The notes beneath the pieces were generated by a model. It had not been told where the DNA came from, ran no database searches, and saw only the letters and a program-made list of their open reading frames with translations. The position numbers were made by a program, and so were the translations under genes. Positions 31,690 to 46,124 of a stretch of 64,000 bases of DNA are shown piece after piece. Source of the stretch: Eledone cirrhosa (lineage: Eukaryota); assembly GCA_964016885.1 (NCBI GenBank), contig OZ024741.1, positions 17,856,001 through 17,920,000 of the forward strand, written 5' to 3'. Position 1 is the first letter of the stretch. The number at the start of each line of letters is the position of its first letter.

Positions 31690-31828
31690 GACCCAGCAGT
31701 CAACGAGCTGCTAAACGAGCTGCTACCAAGATGAAAACTACTGTGAAATCCCACAATGAATTTTATACTTGAATTTTCAAATCTCAAATTTTAACTCTTC
31801 TTATTATTAATTTTTCTTAATATTAATC

Positions 31829-31876
31829 AACATTTGAAAAGATGGCTTTTGCAGACCCATCGAAACCGGTCATTTT
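31829..31876 (+). ncRNA. hammerhead ribozyme motif in the 5' pseudo-LTR (identical copy at 36841-36888)
   Basis: TTGAAAA-GATGG(CTTTTGCAGAC)CCATC-GAAA-CCGG-TC: U3-A8 core, GUC triplet, weak stem I. Confidence 0.7.
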
Positions 31877-32047
31877 TTATACCCTTTATTATTTCCTTAC
31901 CTTATAAAATTATATGTTTTTTCACAAAAAAGTATTCTGTCTCTTATATATTCCATGTGCCATTACCAACCTCAATTTTCTCTATAACCTTCGTTTTGTG
32001 TAGTAAATTACACTTTTCATATATACTAACCTACGCAAATCCGGAAA

Positions 32048-33273
32048 ATGGCACTGGAACAAGACAACACAACTTCAAACTCCAATATAAATGAGGAAAT
32101 CCTGAAAATCCTAAAAGAGATAAATGGAAAACTGACCATTCTGACAAAAAAACAGGATATACCCCAAACCACCACACCGACTGACAACCAAATTTATTTA
32201 AACGTTCAAAACGTATGCAACTCCATCGAAAAACTTATGAATACCAAAACAGAAGAGAAAACATTGCTCCATATCAAAAACCAAATGGGACACCTCTGGA
32301 AAAAACATCTAAAAACCAGAAAATTCACTTTCTGGAATATGATAAAAAACCTCAACAAAGCTGGAATTTACCAAAAATGGATTAACTCAACACCGATAGT
32401 TTTACCACGTAAATTCCAAATAAAGCATATTACAAACGAACCTGAACCAGAAAGAAAACTCCGTGAACAAATGTCACTCAACAGGATAAACATGGAAATA
32501 GAACTCCTAAAATTAAGGGCCACCTCCAACGAGCAAGAATATAAGGATACTGATAAAAATATGGAGGAAGAATGCACTAAAAAGGCCGAGGGAACAACCC
32601 TACAAAATTTAATCAAATCGTGGAAACAGGACTGCGAGAATGCAGAAATTATTTCCCTTAAAGGATGGGAAAAATCCGAAAACTGGTTCCTCAAATATGA
32701 AGAAGACTTTAAAAGGACGCACCAAACAGGTAACCCCTTTATAAAGCATTTGAACATAACAAGAACTACAACAGACACATTTACACCACCAAACCCAACA
32801 TACACTAACCACAGGCACATCCCCACCAACACAAACCAAATACGGCCAACTACACCAAAAGAAACACACCCAACCACCACAACACAGGTTTCCGTAGAAA
32901 TGCCCCCTACATAAACCAACGACGAAATAACATAGATCCAACTCACAACACACACACCACATTCCTCAGAAGAAATCCACCCAGACCACTTGAAATCACA
33001 ACAGAACTTACCCACAACCACACCAGACATCACCCTCAATCCAACAAAAGACAACCCCCCAACCTCAACACTCTGTACCACAGAAATAACGCACCCAGAC
33101 CACATGAACCAACAACAGAACCCTTGCTCATCAACAACCACAACACATACCACCCCCACCATCACATTCACCCTCATGAAACAACAAGCTACAGACCCAC
33201 ACGCAACAGACCAACAAAATATAATCACACACAAAACTACATTCCTTTTTTAGGGAAAAGCCTGAAATACTAG
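32048..33273 (+). pseudogene. PLE upstream ORF (ORF1-like): helical/coiled-coil N-half and low-complexity R/N/H/P C-half, one inferred frameshift
   Basis: ORF 32048-32914 with heptad-like helices; an alternative frame is open 32809-33273 and ends NYIPFLGKSLKY*. Confidence 0.6.
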
Positions 33274-33301
33274 GATACTCGATGCCCCCCCCCCCCCCCC
33301 T

Positions 33302-35566
33302 CAGGAGAAACCAAAAATAATCAACCTCTCAAAGACACCTCTAACCAACACACAAATCAACATTTTAAGTAAGGGCCTGAAATTTACACCTACACCACGT
33401 AAACCAAACTTCCCCGAAATGAAGGATGACATCATAGAATTCTGCCGAAAGCTGCGACTAACGGAATTCTTCCACAACGACACCAACACTGAAGACGAAT
33501 CACTGGTTAGAAATAAAAGCAATTTCTGCCCACAAAAGGGAAGAAATAAAGCACTGGACACGTACTGCGAACACATCACCAACTTTCCCTATGAAAAAAT
33601 TACAAATAAACACACGAAATCAAACCTATCTACACACGAATGGGAAGAATTATTCACACTTAGAAACAACCCTGAGATAACTATCAAAAAAGCCGATAAA
33701 GGCAGTACTGTTGTCATTATGAATACGGACTACTATAGGACCCACGCACTTAACATTTTAGAAAACAACACATACTATGAAAAAACAGAAAACTACAAAC
33801 ACACCAAAACAATGGGGAACCTTTTGACCTTACTGAATAAATACCGCAACAGCTTAACCACAAAAGAGTTTAACTATATAAGCCACTTCAAATGCAATAC
33901 AAGCTCTTTTTACGGCTTACCGAAACTCCACAAATGTAAACCCATAAACGATGCATGTGACACCTCAACCAACAATTACATTGAACTAACACCACCAGAA
34001 GACCTAAAACTCAGGCCAATTATAGCAGGCCCTACATGTGAAACCCACAGACTTAGCAACTTTCTGGACATCCTACTGAAACCCTTTCTACAACATATAC
34101 AGAGCTACATACGAGATGACCTTGACATGCTGAAACACCTCCCTAAAACAGTAAGTGCAAATACAATTCTTGTCTCCTTTGACGTAATAAACCTCTACAC
34201 AAACATACCCCACAACTATGGAATAACAGCAGTCCAATACTGGCTTAACACACACCCATCAGAAATACCGACACGCACCAACAAAGATTTTATCACTGAC
34301 GGACTCCGCTTTATCCTACAAAATAACTACTTCACATTCAATGGTTCAACATACAGACAAGTATCAGGTACGGCAATGGGCACGAAAGTAGCACCCAAAT
34401 ATGCCAACCTAGTCATGGAATTCCATGAACAACAAATATACAGTCAGTCCCTTCTCTTATTTGGAGACTCTTTCCACACACACCTCAAAGCCAATTGGAA
34501 AAGATATCTAGACGACTGCTTTATCCTATGGCAAGAAGACATGAACTCACTTACTATGTTTAAAAACATGATAAACAACATAGATAATAACATACAATTC
34601 ACAATGGAATCCAATCCCAAGGAATTAGCCTTCTTGGATATTCTCATCTCTGTAATAGACGGGAAATTAGATACAGATATATTCTATAAACCCACAGATT
34701 CCAAGCAATACCTCTTTTTCACATCAAGTCACCCAAAACATACAAAACTTAACATTCCTTACAATTTGGCCAAACGTATATGTACCATAGTATCAGATCC
34801 ACCTAAACGGGAGCAAAGACTAAAGGAACTAAAAGACACCCTTATCTTAAGAGCCTTTCCACTTGAAATAATCAACAATGGAATAGACAGGGCAAAACAC
34901 CTAAATCCCCATCAACTTAACAATCCAAAACAGAAAACCACACTCAACACCCTGCCATATGTATCCACTTTCAACCCCAGAAATACCGAAATGTTTGATC
35001 ACCTACACAAAAACCTCCCCATCCTACTTAAAGATGTAAAAATGAAGTCTATTCTTGAAACACACAAGTTCCTTAAAAATAAAAGACAACCCAAATCACT
35101 AAAACGCATTCTCACTTGACCAAATATACCCAAACCAATCCTCAACCCTACAGTTACCAAATGTGGTAGAACAAACTGTGGAACGTGCCTCTACCTCACT
35201 GAAGGACAAAAATTTACATTTAAAGATGGCCAAACATTTACAGTAAAAAACAATTTCACCTGCAACTCGGAGAACTTGATTTACGCAATAACTTGCGGTG
35301 GGTGCAAACACAACTACATAGGACAGACGGGCACCGCATTACGCAAAAGAATGACCATCGACCGCCAACAAATCCGGGACGCTAGCACAAGAAAAATCCC
35401 CTTGAGCAGCCATATTGCGAACTGCGCAGGAATGACACTACCCAACTTTAAAATCTTCCCCTTCTACAAGTGCTCAGATTCGTTCACACAGCAACAAAGA
35501 ATAAACAAAGAAAATCTATTCCTTAACAAATTTAAACCAAAACTAAACAGGTTATCACCCCAATAG
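33302..35566 (+). pseudogene. PLE reverse transcriptase + GIY-YIG endonuclease with one in-frame TGA at 35117-35119
   Basis: IINLS..LSKGLKFTPTP, KKADKGS, FYGLPKLHK, LRPII, SFDVINLYTNIP, GTAMGT, WKRYLDD, FLD, LIYAITCGGCKHNYIGQT, all in one frame. Confidence 0.93.
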
Positions 35567-36416
35567 AATTGTCATAAAATATAAACACACATATGCACGG
35601 AGTGACAGATATATGTGTGTGTATGTGTGCATGTATATAATTATCACTACTATTAAAGACCAGAGACCAATTCTGTAGAATCAGGTTTATTCGTTGACAG
35701 ACCATGCCTTTGTGTGACCAACACATCTATGTTAAACCCTGCACGTGCACACACATATATCTATATATATATGCGCACACAGAATTCACCACTGTCGGTT
35801 GCGGGGCCCCCAATCTACATGAAGAACTCAATGTGATCAGAATGACTTGTATTTTAATTTCACTGTCCTAACTTCTTATATTATGGAAAAAATATATGTG
35901 TATGTATGTATATATATATATTTGGAGGCCATTTCTCTGTGTGTGGGTGTATGTATGTGTATATATGTGTGTGTGTGTGTGTATGTGTGTGCATGTGGAT
36001 GTATGTATTGTGTGTGCGTGTGTGTGTGTGCGTGTGTATGTATGTGTGTATCTGGATGTATGCGTATGTGTATATATATATGTGTGTGTGTGTGTGTATA
36101 TATATGTGTGTGTATGTGTATATATGTGTGTGTGTGTTTGTATGTGTGTATGTATATATATGTGTGTGTGTGTATGTATGTGTGGGGGTGTGTGTGTATA
36201 TATATGTGTATGTATATGTGTGTATATATGTGTAGTACACATATGTATATATATATGTGTGTGTGTATGTAAGTGTGTATCTGGATGTATGTGTATGTAT
36301 ATATATGTGTGTGTGTATATATATATATATGTGTGTATGTGCATATATGTGTGTGTGTATGTGTGTGTGTGTGTATATATATGTATGTGTGTGTGTATGT
36401 ACGTGTGTATATGTAT

Positions 36417-36466
<50 letters not shown>

Positions 36467-36988
36467 GTGTATGTATATGTATATGTATGTATGTGTGGAT
36501 GAAGGTATGTGTGTATATATAGGTGTAAGTGCACTAAATCCCTTTCTGTCAATCTCCCCTCTCCTACCTACCACAGGATGATATATGTATGTATATTGCT
36601 TCCACCTCCTCACTGACCAGCAGTTGGCTATCTGGCCATTGCTAAATTTGACCTTTATAAAATATCCCACACCCCAAATAACTTCTCATTCACTACCAGA
36701 AAGGGACCCAGCAGTCAACGAGCTGCTAAACGAGCTGCTACCAAGATGAAAACTACTGTGAAATCCCACAATGAATTTTATACTTGAATTTTCAAATCTC
36801 AAATTTTAACTCTTCTTATTAATTTTTCTTAATATTAATCAACATTTGAAAAGATGGCTTTTGCAGACCCATCGAAACCGGTCATTTTTTATACCCTTTA
36901 TTATTTCCTTACCTTATAAAATTATATGTTTTTTCACAAAAAAGTATTCTGTCTCTTATATATTCCATGTGCCATTACCAACCTCAAT

Positions 36989-37358
<370 letters not shown>

Positions 37359-37444
37359 TATTTATACTCCAGTCCTACAAATTGTAGAGTGCTACTTATC
37401 CGATATCTGCATTGCTTTATTGTACTACAATAAAACTCACCTCC

Positions 37445-37490
<46 letters not shown>

Positions 37491-37627
37491 TATATAAATA
37501 TATATATACATATACATATATATGTATATATATGTATATAGACATATACGTATATATGTATATATATGTATATGTATATATACATATATATACATATATA
37601 TGTATATGTATATATACATATATATTG

Positions 37628-37706
37628 GAAAATCACTGGCGAAGGACTATTTTTATCATATGTAAACCCATGTGCAACCACGCAGTATTCTTTCTTCTCA
37701 TGTTTT
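37628..37706 (+). repeat. short fragment of the 23741/41560 repeat family
   Basis: ATCACTGGCGAAGGACTA...CCCATGTGCAACCACGCAG matches 23872-23925. Confidence 0.7.
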
Positions 37707-38107
37707 ATATATATATACATATATATGTATATGTATATATACATATATATATTTATATATATATATATATATGTGTGTAGATATTATAAAGAGAACGAAA
37801 AATCAGTGATGCATCTGGACTTAGTTTATTTCGTGTTACAAATGTTTCGCCGGCATGTGGCTCGAGTCATGGTCCTTGTATGGATCTGGCTGATTCTACT
37901 TCTGCGGGTTCTTTCAGACACGGGTGTTATGTCCGGAGCAAATTTTATCACTGGGGTGTTATCATCAAAACAACACCCTCAAAAAACCCTCTTTATATAT
38001 ATATATATATATTATATATACCTATATATGTATATATATATTATATATACCTATATATGTATATATATATATGTATATATACATATACATATATGTATAT
38101 ATATATG

Positions 38108-38143
<36 letters not shown>

Positions 38144-38352
38144 TAGATATATATGCATATATACATGCATACAGATGTATGTATATATATATATATATAC
38201 ATACATACATATATACGTATGTATACAGACATACATACGACATGTTTAGTAGAATATAATCTATTAGACAGATCTCTCTCTCTTTAAAAATACTATTTTA
38301 GGTCTATTAAGGAAACATTGAACAATGTACAATGTATATATATATATATCTA

Positions 38353-38420
<68 letters not shown>

Positions 38421-38428
38421 TATATATC

Positions 38429-38461
<33 letters not shown>

Positions 38462-38536
38462 ATGTGTATGTCAGTATGTATATATGTATAAATATATATA
38501 TACATACATATGTATATATATATATACACACATACA

Positions 38537-38644
<108 letters not shown>

Positions 38645-38729
38645 TATGTGTATGTGTGTATGTCAGTATGTAAATATGTATACATACATACATATATATA
38701 TATATATTGATAACAGTCGAAAACTGCAA

Positions 38730-41330
<2,601 letters not shown>

Positions 41331-41559
41331 TGTTGTTGTTATGCCCTTTGTTGTTGCTGTGGCTATTGTTACTGTTGTTGTTATTGTTGTTATTACTGCT
41401 TCTCTTGTTACAGTTGTTGCTGTTGTTGTTGTAGTTGTTGTTGAAGTTGTTGTGGTTGTTGTTTTTATTAATGTTGTAGTAATTGTTGCTGCTGTTGATG
41501 ATGATGTTGTACTATCATTGTTGTCTATTTTATTTTACTATACATATATATATATATAT

Positions 41560-42000
41560 GAAAAATATGGGGAGAAGAATACTGCATGGTTGCACATGGA
41601 TAACATGTTATAAAATGAGTCCCTCATCAGTGATTTGCCAACGATCATTGGTATTTCATCGCATTAAAAATCATATACCTCACGTTGGTGCGATAATAAC
41701 TAAAATAAGTTATTAGGACAATTGAAACGCGTAAAGCGAGTGAGACAAGTAAACAACACAGGGGAAAGATAACCGAAGATGGAAAGAACACAAGCAACAT
41801 AGTTATTCTATCAGCATAAGCTGTGTGAATATATGAGCGAGTTAGAAACAGACCTTCGGCTAGTGAATCCAATGTTAGAAAGAAGGAAAATCGTTTTCGT
41901 AGCGAACGGGAGGAAGTGAGAAGGGGAGAAACAGAGAGTGAGTGAGTGGAAGTGCGAGGAAGAGGTCAGTAGAGAGAAAGTGTTAACTGACATGACAGAG
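41560..42000 (-). repeat. second copy of the ~500-bp interspersed repeat (block order A-B)
   Basis: Reverse complement aligns by eye to 24010-24257 and then to 23741-23945. Confidence 0.75.
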
Positions 42001-42003
42001 GGG

Positions 42004-42047
<44 letters not shown>

Positions 42048-42111
42048 ACAAAAACAAGATGGTGTAGGACAGAACAAAGGAGAGGCACAAAAACAAAGAA
42101 AAGAATCCCCA

Positions 42112-42154
42112 GTCACTGAAGAGGTCACAGAATGTGTGACGAAAGAACTTTGAC
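42112..42154 (+). ncRNA. minimal hammerhead ribozyme motif
   Basis: GTCA-CTGAAGA-G-GTCACA(GAATG)TGTGAC-GAAA-GAAC-TT-TGAC; CUU triplet is suboptimal. Confidence 0.6.
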
Positions 42155-42298
42155 AATATATGAACAACCGTCCGGTTGTGGAACCAACCAACCGGAAATT
42201 TATAAATTCTTATATTTATAAATTTAATTTATAATAAATTGGAGTGAAAGCAGCTGGTGCGTGTGTTTCTTATTGGCAACATGACCCTCCCAAAGCAT

Positions 42299-42342
<44 letters not shown>

Positions 42343-42349
42343 TATATAC

Positions 42350-42382
<33 letters not shown>

Positions 42383-42384
42383 AT

Positions 42385-42508
<124 letters not shown>

Positions 42509-42584
42509 ACATAATAATAATAATTAAGCTCTGTTGCATACATAGAGCACTCTTTTTTCCTGGACTTTTCCGATGGAATTGCTT

Positions 42585-42683
<99 letters not shown>

Positions 42684-42704
42684 ATATATATATATATATA
42701 ATAT

Positions 42705-42749
<45 letters not shown>

Positions 42750-42802
42750 GGAAAAAATGAAACGATATTTCATTTCCCACTCTTAGTACGGCTGTTACTT
42801 AA

Positions 42803-43488
42803 ATATAAGTATGTACACGTACATACATATATGTATACCGACGTACAGTAGTATGTATATATATATATACATACATGCACACATATATATATGCACGTAT
42901 GGATTCACCGAACATTTATTATAATGCTCGGTGTGTTTGTAAACAAACATCCCGTATTAAGCCTTAGTGTCTAGCAACCACCGTTGCTCGTTTGTTCAAC
43001 ACTGACAAAGGAACGCTGTACTAGTTTCAAGCTTGTTAGCTATCGTCAGCAACGTATACCTTCCTGCCAGATTGTTGAACGTATATACTTACCTTATGCA
43101 TGTTAACGGCTGAGTAGCCCAATTTGCATATCGAGTGGGTTAACCCGGCCGATTAACCCACTCGATATGCAAATTGGGCTACTCAGCCGTTAATATGCAT
43201 AAGGTAAGTATATACGTTCAACAATCTGGCAGGAAGGTATACGTTGCTGACGATAGCTAACAAGCTTGAAACTAGTACAGCGTTCCTTTGTCAGTGTTGA
43301 ACAAACGAGCAACGGTGGTTGCTAGACACTACGGCTTAATACGGGATGTTTGTTTACAAACACACCGAGCATTATAATAAATGTTCGGTGAATCCATACG
43401 TGCATATATATATGTGTGCATGTATGTATATATATATATACATACTACTGTACGTCGGTATACATATATGTATGTACGTGTACATACT

Positions 43489-43493
<5 letters not shown>
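42803..43493. mobile_element. near-perfect palindrome (~340-bp arms, 9-nt spacer CCCGGCCGA); probable head-to-head PLE-derived insertion
   Basis: Arms are reverse complements with ~2 mismatches and a 2-bp TA indel; hammerhead in each arm; (TA)n nearby on both sides. Confidence 0.88.
43241..43283 (+). ncRNA. minimal type-I hammerhead ribozyme (mirror copy on - strand at 43013-43055)
   Basis: ACGTTG-CTGACGA-T-AGCT(AACA)AGCT-T-GAAA-CTAG-TA-CAGCGT: canonical core, 6-bp stem I, palindromic stem III ACTAGT, GUA triplet. Confidence 0.8.
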
Positions 43494-43582
<89 letters not shown>

Positions 43583-44016
43583 CAAATGTATAATCAGTTG
43601 TCACTTCTTCAGAGATATTGGATAAATTGGATAAAATCAGAAAAATTGAAGTATTTATATTAGTGGTAATAGAGGAAGAAAAGAGGGGATAGTATATGAC
43701 AGATGGTAATTCAATTTACTGCTAAACAAGTATATAAAGGGTTTCTAATGAGAATACAATGAGTAAATGGTTTATTTTATCTAAATAAGAATTTTTGGGA
43801 GTGCCTATTTTAATCTATACTTGACCAATTGAACAATGGACAGGGCTGGTCATTTGGTGTAGTAGTATTAATTATAAAGTGTCAATTAAGGAAGAGGGAG
43901 ATTTCGACTTCTACTGAATAACATCAATGCTAGTAGCCAGCTGGTATATGCATTAAGGAATTGAATTAAGAAATCTCATTTTATCATATTTATATATATA
44001 TATATATATAATATAT

Positions 44017-44063
<47 letters not shown>

Positions 44064-44183
44064 TATATATAATATATGTATATATATAATATATATATAT
44101 ATATATAATATATATATATATATATAATATATATATATATAATATATATATATATATAATATATATATATATATAATATATAT

Positions 44184-44282
<99 letters not shown>

Positions 44283-44377
44283 ATAGCGGTAGAACACTGG
44301 AAGGTAATATCCGTAGTGGTAGAGCACTCAGTCCATGGGACGAGTTAGGTAGAAGTGGTTACACAACAGTTAGTTCA

Positions 44378-44438
44378 CCATACCGAGAACAATTGTTTCA
44401 CCTTAGCGGATCCTCAGCGGATCCTCAGCTCGTAATGG
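44378..44438 (-). ncRNA. hammerhead ribozyme motif with an 11-bp internal duplication of the core
   Basis: Minus strand CCATTACGAG-CTGAGGATCCG-CTGAGGATCCG-CTAAGGT-GAAA-CAATTG-TT-CTCGGTATGG; stem I extended through a 2x2 internal loop. Confidence 0.6.
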
Positions 44439-44444
44439 ATATGG

Positions 44445-44496
<52 letters not shown>

Positions 44497-44555
44497 CAAG
44501 GCTCTGATACCATCAACACTATAAACACAGAACTGGCATATCTAAGAACTGACTA

Positions 44556-44611
44556 ACTGCCTGATGAGGCCATAGCCATTCAATGGCTATCATCGAAATA
44601 TATATAGCAGT
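44556..44611 (+). ncRNA. type-I hammerhead ribozyme motif followed by AATAAA
   Basis: ACTGC-CTGATGA-GGCC-ATAGCCAT(TCA)ATGGCTAT-CATC-GAAA-TATATA-TA-GCAGT: perfect 5-bp stem I, canonical core. Confidence 0.78.
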
Positions 44612-44753
44612 AAATAAAGGATTATGAGTTCATGCAATTGACCTTTGTTTCGTCACTATATATATATATATATTTCCTGCTATATCAAGCGATACTCTAA
44701 TATATACCTTCCATATACTGTACCGATTGTGTTATTATTTCTGTTTACCTTGT

Positions 44754-44819
<66 letters not shown>

Positions 44820-44834
44820 TTATATATATTACAA

Positions 44835-44888
<54 letters not shown>

Positions 44889-45440
44889 TTTAGGGTGGTA
44901 GTGGTGTTAATGGTAATTACCCTTCGATCGATTTCTTGTATTCAAAACTCCCAAAACACAGTTTAGGAGCCAGAAAGGTCATATCCCTACCGTAGTTAAA
45001 GCTGTTAGAAATAATACCTAAATTTCCCTCAATTTGTATACTATTGCTGTGAAAATATCTACATATTCTTCCGTTTCTGAGCACTTAACTTCCAATAGAG
45101 TCGTAGGGGTGCATTCATGACATAGAGCGTGTCTCGTGTATTTAAACCCCATGGAGACCCCATCCCTCTCTAGGTGTGAACGGCTGATTTCTTCATGAAA
45201 AGAAAGAGTGAATGTGTCGGGGAGAGAGAGAGGGGGGTGGGTGGAGATGACGAGAGAGAAATGGGAAGCGAGAGGAAAGAAAGATAGAAAGAAAGAAGAA
45301 ACGATGCCTGTAGTGGATTGGTTCTTTATTTTACAATCCTTAAACGTTTTAAAACCAAATATGACCTCGGAAAATTAATTGAACCGGAACGATTACCACA
45401 AGGGATTCTATCCAGCGTTCCAATTACTTTCCAAACTCAC

Positions 45441-45542
45441 CACCTTACTACTGCAGATACTGTCGTGGCTGGAACGATCACGGATGAAACGCCTCCGATT
45501 ATAGTTCTGCTCTACCGATTCCTCAAATGGGAAAATATGAGG
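45441..45542 (-). CDS. candidate internal host exon (102 nt, phase 0-0), product unknown
   Basis: Acceptor ATTCTTTTTCAG, donor GTGAGT, open frame PHIFPFEESVEQNYNRRRFIRDRSSHDSICSSKV in unique sequence. Confidence 0.45.
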
Positions 45543-45640
45543 CTGAAAAAGAATTCGTCATATATACGAACTATACTGTATACAGATCTTAGCTGCGCTG
45601 TGAAAAGGGAGAAGTATTACTCAACAGGCTTTTGCTCACG

Positions 45641-45915
45641 AAGTGCGTGGCCTGGTGGTAAGGGTGGTAGACTTACAGTCATAATGTCGTGGGTTCAAAT
45701 CTTGGGTCGTGTGTTGTGTTATTGTGCAAAACACTTCAGTTCACGTTACTTCCGTATACTCAGTTGAAAATGAGTACCAGCAATAGGTGGGTGTTTAACT
45801 CTGCGATGGATTGGCGTCATATCCAGGGAGAGCTCTTGTACTCGGAGTTGCTTAACGCCACGGAAACTGGAATAAGTATCAGCCGGATGAGGGTCCCGGC
45901 TCGTATTAGAATGTT
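45641..45915 (+). mobile_element. old tRNA-derived SINE with a conserved-core-like body
   Basis: Box A TGGCCTGGTGG, box B GGTTCAAATC; body CTGCGATGGATTGGCGTCATATCCAGGG resembles central domains of widespread metazoan SINEs (family not assigned). Confidence 0.7.
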
Positions 45916-45989
45916 TTAGACTTTTAGCTGCCGTTGGAAAAGATAAGTGAGAAGGGCCTGAAAAGATTTCTAGTTTTTGTTGATGGAAG

Positions 45990-46124
45990 TAGCATAGCTG
46001 TTTAAAAAGTTCGCCTCACAACCATTAGATTCCAGGTTCGATACCTCTAGGTGACAATTGGGGCAAATGTCATTTACTGTAGTCTATGGTAAACCTAAGT
46101 CATGTGGGTGAAATTGGGTTGACG
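45990..46124 (+). mobile_element. tRNA-derived SINE head running directly into the 35-bp array
   Basis: Box B GGTTCGATACC at 46035-46045, followed by TTGGGGCAAATGTC...GTTGACGGAAATTG. Confidence 0.65.
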
